Below, one piece after another: positions 7,136 to 15,051 of a stretch of DNA of 16,200 nucleotides (position 1 is its first letter; the number at the start of each line of letters is the position of its first letter). Source of the DNA: Silvanigrellaceae bacterium (GTDB lineage: Bacteria; Bdellovibrionota_B; Oligoflexia; Silvanigrellales; Silvanigrellaceae); the NCBI GenBank assembly GCA_049423385.1, contig JBMSQQ010000078.1, positions 1 to 16,200 on the forward strand. Reading direction: 5' to 3'. The notes under the pieces were generated by a model. It was not told where the DNA came from. It did not search any database and saw only the letters and a list, made by a program, of their open reading frames with translations. A program made the translations under genes and the position numbers.

Positions 7136-8641
7136 ATGCGGAACTTTGGCCACCTTTATTTTCTGTTTATTTTGATTGGCTGCGGAGCAACCAGCGCCGC
7201 GAGGAAAAGTGCGCCATGTTCAGCAAAGTCTTTAAACTCATCCTCAGGTTCCGGTGCTTCGCCCCTGAACCTGGTGCAGTTTTCAGCTGAAGAAGAAAAA
7301 CGACTGGGGTTGGGTTACCTGGACATCACCACAGACGTTGGCACCGGGCCTCAAGGTAGGCGATGCACGATGAGCGTTGCTCCCATTCCTGGACAAGCCG
7401 ATTTTGTGAGAGTGACAACTGCCGCACACTGCGGTTGGCCTGCAGAATCCGATGAATTTGCGAAATCGAAATACTCACTCCACATCTACTACAATGGGGG
7501 ATATTTCCCTGCTGTGGCGCAAATGAAGGGGCAAAATGACTGGCATGTGTTTGCCAAGAAGGTGTCACCTTATGTAGGCGTTTTGCCCGTGGAATTGACG
7601 AGAAAGTTCGTGCAGGCATCGACTGACGTCAACAAGACGAACTGTGTCAATTTGTCCCAGAACATCAGAACGACCACCGATCCCTCGTTCGACATCCTGT
7701 GTCTTTCTGATGGTGAGGAAAGACCTCTCGTTGCAAAAATCGAGGTGGATTCAAAATACCGCGAGATCCTCGACAGGATTCTCGAGGTGGTGTCAAACCG
7801 AAAAAAGTCGATTCTGGACAATTTGCCACCGCGGGAAAAATTGATTTTCTCCACCGATGTGCGCACACCGTATGAAAGAGTGCCGGGATTCCTTCAAGAC
7901 CTGGGCTTTCAGATGAATCCGTTTTTTTGTGCTGCTCCCGTCGCAGAATTACCTCCGGGACGCTCCGGTCTTCCGATGAGTCAAGCACTCTGCGGAGTCC
8001 GGGACGCGATGATTGCAATGTTCAAGGCAGATCTTCCGCAACTGTGGCCTGCAGTTCAGGTTGTGGTGGACAAACCCTTTGCATCAAATGAAGAAATGAG
8101 GACATTCCACCGCGACAATATCGCCTGCACCTTCAAGTCGCTGGATGAAATTGATCCTGCAAACAGCAACTTTCTGCGCACCAATTGCGATGAAGACATG
8201 ATCGGTTGGTATATTTGGAAGGAATGGGTGAGGAACGGGCTCACGAATCTGGCGACGTTGCAGGTGAACGACAAATCGAAGGTTGGCTTTACCCCTGAAA
8301 CCTTTTTTTCCTTGTTCACCAACAGTGTTGGAAGCCGGGAAGCTGCCGAGTCAAACGATACCTCCAAAGCCAGGCCGAGGCTTTTTTCCATCAGCCCCGT
8401 CAATGGTTCTTTCACGCTGGACAATGCGATGGCTTTTCTTTTGAATCCTGTGCAATCGGACATCTGGGTCAGCAAAAAGGACAGCGGTTCACTGTTTTCC
8501 ATTTTTGGAGTGATTCCGGTCGGAGTTCTTTCCAGCTACAACGGCGAACCCACCTCGGGCGGCGCGAGTATTTTGCCCCTTCCGGTCGTCAATGACGGTG
8601 AAGAGAGCAAGACTCCACTGACGGGCTGCTCGTCTGGATGA
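7136..8641 (+). CDS. Lipoprotein, trypsin-like (clan PA) serine protease with large internal insertion, 501 aa
   Basis: Lipobox LIGC. RRCT...VTTAAHC His motif (7418-7432) and KKDSGSLF...PVGVLS Ser motif (DSGS at 8480-8491). Confidence 0.72.
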   Translation: MRNFGHLYFLFILIGCGATSAARKSAPCSAKSLNSSSGSGASPLNLVQFSAEEEKRLGLGYLDITTDVGTGPQGRRCTMSVAPIPGQADFVRVTTAAHCGWPAESDEFAKSKYSLHIYYNGGYFPAVAQMKGQNDWHVFAKKVSPYVGVLPVELTRKFVQASTDVNKTNCVNLSQNIRTTTDPSFDILCLSDGEERPLVAKIEVDSKYREILDRILEVVSNRKKSILDNLPPREKLIFSTDVRTPYERVPGFLQDLGFQMNPFFCAAPVAELPPGRSGLPMSQALCGVRDAMIAMFKADLPQLWPAVQVVVDKPFASNEEMRTFHRDNIACTFKSLDEIDPANSNFLRTNCDEDMIGWYIWKEWVRNGLTNLATLQVNDKSKVGFTPETFFSLFTNSVGSREAAESNDTSKARPRLFSISPVNGSFTLDNAMAFLLNPVQSDIWVSKKDSGSLFSIFGVIPVGVLSSYNGEPTSGGASILPLPVVNDGEESKTPLTGCSSG

Positions 8642-8741
8642 GAGAAGCGGCTCTCGTTTGTGAACTTCGTCTTTTCCAGCAAACACCCTCGCGGCCTGGA
8701 GAGGGCGAAAAACGAGATTGAAGTTCGGTAATTTTGTTTGC

Positions 8742-10520
8742 CTAATCGATGGGGATGATGTCTGACACCTTCACTTTCACGTCTTCTTTCATTTCTGCTG
8801 CCAGAGTATCCAACTTGATGTATCCGACTCCGAACTCATTGTTTGAAAAATCAAGTCCGCTGAAGACAAGTTCACCTTCGCTGCTCTTTGCAAGACTGAA
8901 GATCTCGAATTTGAATTTTATTGTCTTGTCGTTCGTGGAGGTGCCATCAATCCATTTTTTGAGCGAGTAGTTTGAGTTCTTTGTTTGCAGATAGAAGAGT
9001 TCAGTTCCAATTTTCCAAATCTTTTTCACCTGGACGTCACTCGGGAAAGGGACTGGAGTCAGCACGCCGGTGGCGGACAGTCGCACAATTGGAGTGCTGT
9101 TTTCCGAGCCTCGGGTGGTGGCCATGTTCCTTGCCTGCCAAATCGCTTCTTGGGTGCTCGTGTCGGCAGTGGCTGCTGCGCACGAAGCAGTGAAACTTTG
9201 GGTGCCTGAGTTTGCCGAGCAAATTGTCTCGTCGTCGCTATTGACGATGCTTCCGCCGGCGCCTCCGGATGTATATTCACAGACGATCTTGCCCGGGTTG
9301 GCATAACCAAAGTTTTGCCATGCGCTGCCCGTCGAATTGATGAACAAAAAGTCACCATTTTCTTCGGGGATGATGACACCCTGGTAGCCCAAGCTTTGTA
9401 TTCCGGTGCCGACGTTCACCGTTTTGCAGGACTCTTTCCATTTGTCCCAGTTTCCTTGTGAAGAGGTCCAGGTATAGCCATTCATTTTGCCCTTGGTGAC
9501 AACTTCCGAGACCTGCGAAAGCAATCGGTTCTCGTCGTTGGGATCACCGGCAGTGGGATCGAATTTCAGGAGGTCGTTGTTCATGCCGATGGCTGTTGGT
9601 CCTGTTGAACCATTGGAAGGTTTCGGGCCAGCGTACAGGACACGATCATTGGCGTCGTTGTTGAGCGGCAAGAACAGGATGGGACCAAATTGGCCTTCGG
9701 CGATTTGCTGAACGCCGCCCGTTGGTTCCACATACCGGAAATAGCTTGCTGCAGTGCCTCCTTGAGGTTGCCCGACGTAGTACAGGCCTCCCCGGGGTGT
9801 TGCGAAGAACTTGGTGACGTAGATGTTTGAATTCACCATGACTTTTGAGCTGCCAGTGGAAGGATCAATTCTGACCAGTTCCGGACCACTTGCGCCCGAT
9901 GTTTTGGAGTAGACCCTCGCATAGATGCGACCCTGGCCGTCGAATTGCAGTGTCGGTTCGGCCCCTTGAACGCCCCAGTACTGAGGTTGAAAGTACTTGT
10001 CCTTCAATCCCACAATGCAGCTTATTCCCGATGGGACAGCGTTGCTTGAAGTCAATTCTGCCATGCTGCCGCTTGCCTTGAACAATTGGCAATCACCCGT
10101 CTTGTCTGCAGAGTAGAGTGGATTTGGAAAGAAGAGATACACTTCGCCTGTTGGAGACTTGTAAATTTCAGGCGGTGAGGTTTGGGCCGAGATGTAGTTT
10201 TTTGTGGGTTCGTCTGTGCTCCCGACGACGTCCTCGAATTTTTTCTCAGCGGTCACCTTGGCGATTGATTTTTTTTCTTGAGATGTTGGTGATGGCGAGT
10301 CTGCGTAAAAACCTCCCGCATCTTCAAGCAGCAGATTGGACTGGGAGCCTCCCATTTTTGCAAGTCCCACCGCGCCGCGAAGATCGATTTGGATCTTGCT
10401 GGAATCCATTGCAGAGCCCGTGTTTCCAGTTCCACCATCGCTTTTTCCGGAAGATTTCTTCCCACAGGAGAGTGTTGCAAATGCGATGAACCACAACGGG
10501 GAAAGAACCCAGAACTGCAT
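8742..10520 (-). CDS. Large lipoprotein, probably beta-propeller-like, 592 aa
   Basis: ATG at 10520 with GGAGGT upstream. Lipobox TLSC followed by a G/S/K linker. Repeated blade-like units (IYKSPTGEVYL, LQFDGQGRIYA, FFATPRGGLYY, LAKSSEGELVF). Confidence 0.78.
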   Translation of the reverse strand: MQFWVLSPLWFIAFATLSCGKKSSGKSDGGTGNTGSAMDSSKIQIDLRGAVGLAKMGGSQSNLLLEDAGGFYADSPSPTSQEKKSIAKVTAEKKFEDVVGSTDEPTKNYISAQTSPPEIYKSPTGEVYLFFPNPLYSADKTGDCQLFKASGSMAELTSSNAVPSGISCIVGLKDKYFQPQYWGVQGAEPTLQFDGQGRIYARVYSKTSGASGPELVRIDPSTGSSKVMVNSNIYVTKFFATPRGGLYYVGQPQGGTAASYFRYVEPTGGVQQIAEGQFGPILFLPLNNDANDRVLYAGPKPSNGSTGPTAIGMNNDLLKFDPTAGDPNDENRLLSQVSEVVTKGKMNGYTWTSSQGNWDKWKESCKTVNVGTGIQSLGYQGVIIPEENGDFLFINSTGSAWQNFGYANPGKIVCEYTSGGAGGSIVNSDDETICSANSGTQSFTASCAAATADTSTQEAIWQARNMATTRGSENSTPIVRLSATGVLTPVPFPSDVQVKKIWKIGTELFYLQTKNSNYSLKKWIDGTSTNDKTIKFKFEIFSLAKSSEGELVFSGLDFSNNEFGVGYIKLDTLAAEMKEDVKVKVSDIIPID

Positions 10521-10547
10521 AAACACCTCCAACCTGAGCACGGGAGA

Positions 10548-10574
10548 GGATCGGAAGTGTCGAAGGAAACTTTA
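10548..10574 (-). promoter_or_regulatory. Sigma28 (FliA)-like promoter of the large lipoprotein gene
   Basis: Minus strand TAAAGTTT (10574-10567)-N11-TCCGATCC (10555-10548): perfect extended -35 box and canonical spacing. Confidence 0.65.
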
Positions 10575-10639
10575 AGAACTATCGGTCTGGTTGTGTCAAT
10601 GGTTAATTATCTATTTTATTACAATGACTTGATTGAGAT

Positions 10640-12103
10640 TCACCGCTTCAAATAACAACCACCGGGACTACCAATCACGCTCCCGTCTTTGTAGATCAAC
10701 TCGCCGCGCAGGAAGGTTTGTTTCACTTGCGCCGTGAGTTCCATTCCCGTGAAGGGTGAATAGCCTTGTGCAGAGGGTGAGTCTTTGGGATCAATCGTCC
10801 AGGTCTTGTTGGGGTCGACGAGAACAACATCGGCATCGAAACCAAGCTTGATGTTGCCCTTGGTGGAAAGACCATAACGTTCGGCAGGAGCGCTGCACAC
10901 GAGCTCGGCCATGCGGTTGAGGCTCAAGCCGCGCTTGCGACCTTCTGTGAGCAGTCCACACAGCAAATATTCAGTGCCGCCAAATCCACTCTTGGCCATG
11001 AACACGTCGTTGGGATTTTGCTTGTCGGTTTTGAGTTCTTCCGAGCAGCAGGCGTGGTCGGAGCAGATCCAGTCGATGTGACCGTTCTTCACTGCTTCCC
11101 ACAAGTATTCGACATCTTCGCGTGGGCGAATCGGTGGATTCACTTTGGCATAAATGCCGTTGGGAGATTCGGTGTCGAGCAACAGGTGGCCAATGGTCAC
11201 TTCGCGACGGAAATTGATGTTGGGAAAGACGACCGACATCTTGAGAGCCGCATCCACCGCTTTGCGCGAGGTGAGGTGAAGAAGGTTGATGTTCACACAG
11301 TCTGTTTCGTTGGCAAGATACGAGGCGATGAAGATGGCCAAGCCTTCGGAGTGAGGTGGCCGCGACGCACTATAGGCCGGCAAGCCCGAGAGCTTGCCTT
11401 CGTTCATCACCATTTTTGTATAGGCGGTCATGATTTCGGCTGTTTCGCAATGCAGGCTCAGCGACAGCGCATTGCGTTTGTCGGGACGAGCATCCGAGAG
11501 ATTTTTGAGTCCACGCATGACGGCTTCGAAGTGGGCAATGTCGTAGCGCTCGTCCTGGCCAATCATCAGGAATTCGTGTTGTTTGTGCGAACAACCATGC
11601 AGGCCGTGGCTGCCATAGAACATGAAGATCTTGAACGACGAGACACCAAAGCGTTCCAGCAGAAGCGGCATTTCGTCGATATGCGAGGCCGACATTGGCG
11701 CCACGTGATAAGCGTAGTCGACGTGGTAGTTGCCCTCGGAAAGTGAAAGCACTTCGGGCATGAAGTCGGCGTAGGGGCCGCCCTTGTTCAAATAATATTG
11801 TCCCGTGCGAATATAATTGAGGCTGCTCGTCACGCCACCCATCGCTGCGGCGCGGCTTTCGTTGCGCGCGTCTTTGTCGAGGGGTGCATAAATACCCGTG
11901 TGCATGTGGGCATCCACGAGCCCAGGGAAGGCGAGAAGGCCACGTGCGTCCGTCACATTTTTTGCGAGAGTGGCGTCGATTTCGGATTCGAGTGCAACAA
12001 AGCGTCCATCGCGGATCGCAATGTCGAGTTGTTCCGGAGCGGGTTGGCCCGGGCGGACAACCAGCGCGCCCTTGATGAGGTGATCATATTGAAAAGTTGT
12101 CAT
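10640..12103 (-). CDS. Cyclic amidohydrolase (allantoinase/dihydropyrimidinase/dihydroorotase family), 487 aa
   Basis: PGLVDAHMH, AAMGGVT, SFKIFMFY (carboxylated Lys position), LHCE, LHLTS, KVNPPIR, SDHA, G.I..G.DAD.V.VD. ATG at 12103 forms an ATGA overlap with the upstream stop. Confidence 0.92.
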   Translation of the reverse strand: MTTFQYDHLIKGALVVRPGQPAPEQLDIAIRDGRFVALESEIDATLAKNVTDARGLLAFPGLVDAHMHTGIYAPLDKDARNESRAAAMGGVTSSLNYIRTGQYYLNKGGPYADFMPEVLSLSEGNYHVDYAYHVAPMSASHIDEMPLLLERFGVSSFKIFMFYGSHGLHGCSHKQHEFLMIGQDERYDIAHFEAVMRGLKNLSDARPDKRNALSLSLHCETAEIMTAYTKMVMNEGKLSGLPAYSASRPPHSEGLAIFIASYLANETDCVNINLLHLTSRKAVDAALKMSVVFPNINFRREVTIGHLLLDTESPNGIYAKVNPPIRPREDVEYLWEAVKNGHIDWICSDHACCSEELKTDKQNPNDVFMAKSGFGGTEYLLCGLLTEGRKRGLSLNRMAELVCSAPAERYGLSTKGNIKLGFDADVVLVDPNKTWTIDPKDSPSAQGYSPFTGMELTAQVKQTFLRGELIYKDGSVIGSPGGCYLKR

Positions 12104-13326
12104 GCCTGTGTTCTCCCGCTGCCGGTGGATGATGAAGTTCCGCATCCGATGATGTTGTCTGTTTTCAATTTTTCGATTTCTGATTGTGAGTATCCGAGTG
12201 AGAGAAGAATCTCTGCGCTGTGTTCGCCGATAGAAGGCGGTTGGTGTGCGATTCCAAGCGTCTGGCCATCCCATTCGAGCGGTAAAGCCGGGAGGCCCAC
12301 AGACGCGTTCTTGATGTTCACATTCAACAAACGACCCGGCTGTTGAAGTTGAGGATCGTTGAAAAGATCTTCGGGTCTTGCCACAGCCGCGAATGGAATG
12401 TTGTGTGTTTCGCATCTTGAGGCAATGGCATCGCGGTCATGTTCTGCGAGCATTTTTTCCACTGCCGGCAGAAACCAGGATTTTTCCGCAATGCGGCCAT
12501 TGTTGGTCGCCAGGCGCGCATCGGCAAGCCATTCCGGTTGGCCAAAGGCTTCGCAAAAGCGTTGCCAGTGACGATCGCTGATGATGCCAATGAAAATTGG
12601 CAAGCCATCTTTCGATTGAAATATTTGGTAAATCGACCATGCGCTTTGGCGCTCGGGCATGGGTGGAATGGGACCATCCGATTGTGCAGCATAGGCCATG
12701 TGTTGGCCCATGAGAAACGCGGTCGTTTCAAACAGCGATGAACGAACGAGTTTTCCGCTGCCTGTGACGTGACGTTCGAAAAGTGCAGCGAGAATGCCCA
12801 TGGCACCAAACATGCCACCCGTGATGTCGACCACCGAAGTTCCGGCCCGCAGCGGTTGGTTGCGAGGACCGGTCATAAAGGCGAGGCCGCCCATCATCTG
12901 CACAACTTCATCCATGGCATGGCGTTGTTCATAGGGGCCAGAGAGGAATCCCTTGAGCGAGCAATAAACGATGCGGGGATTAATTTCCTTCAATGTAGAA
13001 TAAGACAGCCCTAGCCTGTCGGCTGTTCCCGGACCAAAGTTTTCGATGAACACGTCCGATTGCTGGGCGAGTTTGCGGATGAGGGCAAGTCCTTGTTCGC
13101 TTTTAAGGTCAACCGCCAAGCTGCGTTTGTTGCGGTTGTAGAAGGGAAAATAGCCCATCCCGAAACCCTTGAGGTTGCGCGTGGGATCGCCATCAAGAGG
13201 TTCAACGTGAATTACATCTGCACCCATGTCGGCGAGCACAAGGCTCGCACACGGGCCCATCACGGCGTGGGTGAGGTCAATCACCTTGATTCCGGAAAGA
13301 GGCTTTGGAGCTGTGGAATTATTCAA
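12100..13326 (-). CDS. CaiB/BaiF class III CoA-transferase
   Basis: PLSGIKVIDLT, GP.A...LADMGADVI.VE, NRNKRSLAVDLK, DVFIENF.PG, catalytic-position Asp in VVDITGG, PP.IGEHS.EIL. TTG at 13326 has AAGGAGG 5 nt upstream; GTG at 13341 is an alternative. Confidence 0.95.
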   Translation of the reverse strand: MNNSTAPKPLSGIKVIDLTHAVMGPCASLVLADMGADVIHVEPLDGDPTRNLKGFGMGYFPFYNRNKRSLAVDLKSEQGLALIRKLAQQSDVFIENFGPGTADRLGLSYSTLKEINPRIVYCSLKGFLSGPYEQRHAMDEVVQMMGGLAFMTGPRNQPLRAGTSVVDITGGMFGAMGILAALFERHVTGSGKLVRSSLFETTAFLMGQHMAYAAQSDGPIPPMPERQSAWSIYQIFQSKDGLPIFIGIISDRHWQRFCEAFGQPEWLADARLATNNGRIAEKSWFLPAVEKMLAEHDRDAIASRCETHNIPFAAVARPEDLFNDPQLQQPGRLLNVNIKNASVGLPALPLEWDGQTLGIAHQPPSIGEHSAEILLSLGYSQSEIEKLKTDNIIGCGTSSSTGSGRTQA

Positions 13327-13840
13327 GCGAGCCTCCTTCACGCAAAAATGGAACCAATCCTCCGGCAGAAAGGATCTTCAGCATCACCGGTGGAAGTGGC
13401 GTGCATTGATACGTGATTTTTTGCGTTTGGTTGTAAACCCGTCCAGCCTGCAAATCGAAGTTGAGAACATCACCTTGCTGGATATTGTGGTCGGGAATTT
13501 CGATCACCGGCAAACCCACATTGACTGCGTTGCGATAAAAAATGCGGGCAAATGATTTTGCAATCACCGCACCAACACCTGCAGCCTTCAAAGCCAGAGG
13601 AGCTTGTTCGCGCGAAGAACCGCAGCCAAAGTGCGCACCAGCAACAATCAGGTCTCCAGCTTTCGCGCGTGTGCGAAAATCCGGATCGAGATCCTCCAGA
13701 ACGTGCGCAGCAAGTTCCGACAGGTCGAGAGTCTTGGTGTATTTTCCGGGGATGATGCGATCGGTGTCGATGGTGTCGCCATAGACGTGCGCGCGGCCGG
13801 TGTTTTCCCTTGTGCCATTGGTTGTATTGCCGTTGATCAT
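13319..13840 (-). CDS. leuD: LeuD/HacB/DmdB-family hydro-lyase small subunit (short, type 2)
   Basis: GDTIDTDRIIPGKY, AGAHFGCGSSREQA, AKSFARIFYRNAVNVGLP, IL.AGGLV. ATGA overlap with the large-subunit stop. The symbol denotes family; a role in leucine synthesis is doubtful. Confidence 0.92.
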   Translation of the reverse strand: MINGNTTNGTRENTGRAHVYGDTIDTDRIIPGKYTKTLDLSELAAHVLEDLDPDFRTRAKAGDLIVAGAHFGCGSSREQAPLALKAAGVGAVIAKSFARIFYRNAVNVGLPVIEIPDHNIQQGDVLNFDLQAGRVYNQTQKITYQCTPLPPVMLKILSAGGLVPFLREGGSLE

Positions 13841-15051
13841 GCGAGTGGCTCCACAATCGCTCCGGCGAGAGCGGCGCTGGCCACGGCTGCAGGTGAGGCC
13901 AAGAAAACTTGTGCATTGCGGTTGCCCATGCGGCCGGCGAAGTTGCGGTTGCCGCTGGAAATCACCACGTCGTTGTTGCCGGGAACGCCCATGTGTGTGC
14001 CCACGCAGGGTCCACAGCCTGTGGCCAGCAGGGTGGCACCAGCTTCAATGAGTGTCGCCAGGGTGCCATCGCGGGTGGCTTGCAGCAGCGTCTGTCGCGA
14101 TGCCGGCGAAATGTAGAAACGCACGCCGGGTGCAATTTTCTTTCCGTTCAGAATTCGGGCTGCAACCTGCAAATCCTCAATTCGGGCGTTGGTGCACGTA
14201 CCCAAAAAGGCGTAGCTGATTTTGGTGCCGGCGGCTTCCAGGAGCGGGCGCGCATTTGCAGGAGAACCTGGAAATGCAATTTGTGGCTCCAGCGCTGAAA
14301 CATCAATCTCGATACGCTTCGCATATTTCGCATTCGCATCGGCAGAGACGGTGTTGGATGCTTCGACGAACCCCACCTTGCCACCCAACTCGGCGACCAT
14401 GTTTGCCAGTGTGATGCGCTCGGACAATGGCAATGCCTCGACGTATGACCCGGCAAATTCGATGGCGTGATAATTGGCATCCTGCATGCCCCACTGTGCC
14501 AGCAAATAAAGGATGACGTCTTTGGCGTAGACACCGTCGCGCGGTGTGCCGCGAAGTTCAATGCGCATGGAATGTGGAACTTTGATCCACGTCGAACCGG
14601 TCTTCCAAATCGCCGCAGCATCAGTCGAGCCAATCCCTGCAGCGAAAGCCCCCCAGGCGCCATAGGTTGTGGTGTGCGAATCTGCACCCATGACAACAGA
14701 GCCTGTGGGCGCGAGGCCGTGTTCAAGCACCACGTGATGAATGATTCCTTCGCCACTCTCGAACAGTCTGCAGCCATGTTGTTTGGCAAAGTTGCGCATC
14801 AGCGAGTGCAAATTGGCGATGCGTTCGTTGGGTGCAGGAGCAGCGTGATCGATGACAAGCACCACGCGTTCGGGAGTGGCAAGACGTGTTCCGCCCATGT
14901 CTTCAAAAGCCTTGATGGCCAATGGAGCCGTGGTGTCGCTGGCCGTGCACAGGTCGACGGGGCATACGACAATTTCGCCTGCCACAACCGTGCGTCCGAC
15001 TTTCGCCGAGAGAACTTTTTCAGCGATGGTTTGCCGATGCGACGAGCTCAT
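13837..15051 (-). CDS. leuC: LeuC/HacA/DmdA-family [4Fe-4S] hydro-lyase large subunit (short, type 2), 404 aa
   Basis: TIAEKVL, DH, GIIH, GADSHT, GIGSTD, three cluster cysteines (GTCTNAR, GCGPCVG), NRNFAGRMG, LASPA. ATGA overlap with the lyase stop. The symbol denotes family only. Confidence 0.94.
   Translation of the reverse strand: MSSSHRQTIAEKVLSAKVGRTVVAGEIVVCPVDLCTASDTTAPLAIKAFEDMGGTRLATPERVVLVIDHAAPAPNERIANLHSLMRNFAKQHGCRLFESGEGIIHHVVLEHGLAPTGSVVMGADSHTTTYGAWGAFAAGIGSTDAAAIWKTGSTWIKVPHSMRIELRGTPRDGVYAKDVILYLLAQWGMQDANYHAIEFAGSYVEALPLSERITLANMVAELGGKVGFVEASNTVSADANAKYAKRIEIDVSALEPQIAFPGSPANARPLLEAAGTKISYAFLGTCTNARIEDLQVAARILNGKKIAPGVRFYISPASRQTLLQATRDGTLATLIEAGATLLATGCGPCVGTHMGVPGNNDVVISSGNRNFAGRMGNRNAQVFLASPAAVASAALAGAIVEPLA

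Noticed and set aside
12104..12415. 104-aa N-terminal extension of the amidohydrolase (591-aa ORF call)
   Set aside because: It overlaps the CoA-transferase in another frame. Family similarity begins at MTTFQYDHLIKG, whose ATG forms an ATGA overlap.
13319..15051. Reading leuC/leuD as part of a leucine biosynthesis operon
   Set aside because: There is no leuB, and the DRE-TIM gene has HMG-CoA lyase motifs (AFGCGYEG, GGLGGCPF) rather than the LeuA GERAGN motif.
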